Source: Bacillota bacterium (GTDB lineage Bacteria > Bacillota > Limnochordia > Darwinibacteriales > Darwinibacteriaceae). Taken from it: DNA of 45,784 nucleotides. The DNA is taken from assembly GCA_012518645.1 (NCBI GenBank), contig JAAYRS010000124.1, positions 1 to 45,784 of the forward strand. The letters run 5' to 3'. The first letter of the stretch is position 1, and the number at the start of each line of letters is the position of its first letter. The position numbers and the translations under genes are program-made. The notes under the pieces are model-generated. The model did no database searches. It saw only the letters and a program-made list of their open reading frames with translations, and was not told where the DNA came from. This document shows, one piece after another, positions 43,998 through 45,784 of this stretch.

Positions 43998-45784
43998 TTG
44001 GCTAAATCGTTAATAATCGTTGAATCGCCGGCAAAAGCTCGCACTATTGGCGGTTTTTTGAACAAAAGAAAATACAGTGTGAAAGCGTCGTTAGGCCATG
44101 TCCGGGATTTACCCCGCAGTCAATTTGGGGTGGACGTGGAAAACAATTTTAAACCAAAGTACATTACAATTCGGGGCAAAGGGCCTGTGTTGAAAGAATT
44201 GAGAGCCGCTGCAAAGAAAGCGGAACGGGTCTTGTTGGCTACGGATCCGGATCGGGAAGGCGAAGCCATCGCTTGGCATTTAGCGCAGGCCCTGAAGCTT
44301 CCTGATTATAAATGTAGAATTGACTTTCGTGAAATTACAAAAGATGCCGTCCGGAAGTCCCTGGAAGAACCGCGGGAAATTGCTCTTTCCCTGGTCGATG
44401 CTCAACAGGCCCGGCGGATTTTAGATCGCGTTGTTGGCTACGAGCTGTCTCCCCTGCTGTGGGCAAAAGTAAAACCGGGATTAAGTGCTGGAAGAGTACA
44501 ATCAGTAGCAGTAAAATTAATTGTGGAACGGGAACGGGAAATCCAAGCCTTTGTTAAAGAGGAATACTGGAGCATTACTTCTCTTTTAAACAGCGGGGAT
44601 AAAGAACAATTTGAAGCAAAGCTGCAGAGTAAAAAAGGTAAAAAGATAGAACTGCCTAACGAAGAGGCGGCCCTTCAAGTTGAAAAGGACCTGCAGGGCC
44701 TGCCGTGGATAGTCCAGAATGTAGAAGTTAAACAAAGGCGCCGCAATCCTGCCGCCCCCTTTACCACCAGCACTCTACAGCAGGAGGCGGCCCGCAAACT
44801 GAATTTTTCGGCAAAAAAGACAATGGTTTTGGCCCAACAGCTTTATGAAGGGCTTAAATTGGGCAAAGCCGGTACCTTGGGGTTAATTACTTACATGCGC
44901 ACGGACGCCACTAGGGTTGCGGCGGAAGCCGTCACTGAGGTCCGCGGCATGATCCGCAAGGATTTTGGCACTGAGTACGCCCCGGCCAAACCAAGAAAAT
45001 ATGCTGCCAAAAAAGGGGCGCAGGAGGCCCACGAGGCCATCCGGCCAACTTCTTCTTTACGTAAGCCCGCCCAAATCAAAACTTATTTGTCTTCCGACCA
45101 GTACAAATTGTATAAGTTGATTTGGGAGCGCTTTGTGGCCAGCCAGATGAGTTCTGCCATATTTGACGCTGTTCGGATTGATCTGGCGGTGGGGGACTAC
45201 ATTTTTCGGGCCACCGGCTCTCAATTGAAATTTCCCGGCTTTCTCAAGGTGTACTTCGAGGGTAAAGACGAGCCTGATCAGGCGGAAGAAGATAAGCTGC
45301 TGCCTATTTTAAAAGTCGATCAGGAAGTTGAATTAGAAAAATTGAATTTAAACCAGCACTTCACCCAGCCGCCGGCGCGCTTTACCGAGGCGATGCTGGT
45401 GAAGGTACTGGAGGAAAAGGGGATTGGCAGGCCTAGTACTTATGCCCCCATTATTGACACGATTGTTGCCCGGGGCTATGTGGAGAGCGAGTCTAGGCGG
45501 TTTAGACCTACTGAGTTGGGTTTTATCGTAAACGATTTGCTCCAGGAAAACTTTTCCCAGCTGTTGGATGTTGGTTTCACCGCCAGCTTGGAAGAACAGC
45601 TGGATTTGATTGAAGAAGGGGATTTGGTGTGGCAAGAGGTTATTCGCAAATTTCACGAGCCTTTTTCCCGGGATTTAAAACGGGCCCACGAAGTTTTGGA
45701 AAAAGTCGAAGTTAAGGATGAGGAAAGCGATGTTGTCTGCGAAAAATGCGGCCGCACAATGGTCTACAAGATGGGGCGTTTTGG
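43998..45784 (+). CDS. topA: DNA topoisomerase I (3' end lies outside the window)
   Basis: The frame stays open to the window edge, so it is absent from the ORF track. TTG start after GGAGGTG. Motifs (M)AKSLIIVESPAKARTIGG, TOPRIM DPDREGEAIAWH, active-site ITYMRTDA, and the first zinc finger CEKCGRTMVYKMGRFG at the end. Confidence 0.9.
   Translation, partial: MAKSLIIVESPAKARTIGGFLNKRKYSVKASLGHVRDLPRSQFGVDVENNFKPKYITIRGKGPVLKELRAAAKKAERVLLATDPDREGEAIAWHLAQALKLPDYKCRIDFREITKDAVRKSLEEPREIALSLVDAQQARRILDRVVGYELSPLLWAKVKPGLSAGRVQSVAVKLIVEREREIQAFVKEEYWSITSLLNSGDKEQFEAKLQSKKGKKIELPNEEAALQVEKDLQGLPWIVQNVEVKQRRRNPAAPFTTSTLQQEAARKLNFSAKKTMVLAQQLYEGLKLGKAGTLGLITYMRTDATRVAAEAVTEVRGMIRKDFGTEYAPAKPRKYAAKKGAQEAHEAIRPTSSLRKPAQIKTYLSSDQYKLYKLIWERFVASQMSSAIFDAVRIDLAVGDYIFRATGSQLKFPGFLKVYFEGKDEPDQAEEDKLLPILKVDQEVELEKLNLNQHFTQPPARFTEAMLVKVLEEKGIGRPSTYAPIIDTIVARGYVESESRRFRPTELGFIVNDLLQENFSQLLDVGFTASLEEQLDLIEEGDLVWQEVIRKFHEPFSRDLKRAHEVLEKVEVKDEESDVVCEKCGRTMVYKMGRF

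Noticed and set aside
1-45784. Scan for CRISPR arrays, tRNA/rRNA genes and toxin-antitoxin or defence cassettes.
   Set aside because: There are no regularly spaced short repeats other than the three RNA units. No tRNA-like acceptor/T-arm sequences occur outside ORFs, there is no rRNA similarity, and no small paired ORFs typical of TA modules were seen.

Overview
The window is a largely syntenic core-chromosome segment of a Firmicute. The gene order is the classic Bacillus/Clostridia one, and ylbJ plus a SigH-like sigma suggest an endospore-forming clostridial lineage; that taxonomic call is inference only. On the + strand it runs: SEDS (FtsW/RodA) 3' end, class-B PBP, prkC, rsgA, rpe, a 1.4-kb non-coding stretch, thiT, thiN, rpmB (-), asp23-like, DAK2/yloV, degV, recG, rsmD, coaD, a coiled-coil ORF, ylbJ (-), patatin, yceD, rpmF, fapR, plsX, acpP, rnc, smc, ftsY, ylxM, ffh, rpsP, a KH protein, rimM, trmD, rplS, lepB, rbgA, rnhB, a DD-carboxypeptidase, two Lrp/AsnC regulators, a small zinc-ribbon ORF, dprA, and topA (3' end runs off the window). 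Three places depart from this backbone. (1) 5300-6330, between rpe and a TPP riboswitch, holds three tandem paralogous units. Each has a near-consensus sigma-A promoter, a roughly 170-200 nt structured RNA and a strong intrinsic terminator, with no ORF. I could not assign the RNA to any family I know, and it is the best candidate here for something undescribed. (2) 20565-22041 breaks the rnc-smc linkage with a divergent pair: an HTH protein whose C-terminus looks like a LexA/S24 domain without the catalytic Ser/Lys, and a SigH-like sigma factor preceded by a 36-codon upstream ORF with a strong SD. (3) 26650-34010 separates ftsY from ylxM-ffh. It carries an organophosphate-scavenging block (alkaline phosphatase, 5'-nucleotidase, two ABC permeases and a binding protein, no ATPase) and ends in mobile-element debris: the 5' part of a group II intron fused to a decayed IS30-family transposase. 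I saw no tRNA, rRNA or CRISPR array. All product calls rest on motif recognition in the supplied translations; no database search was run.
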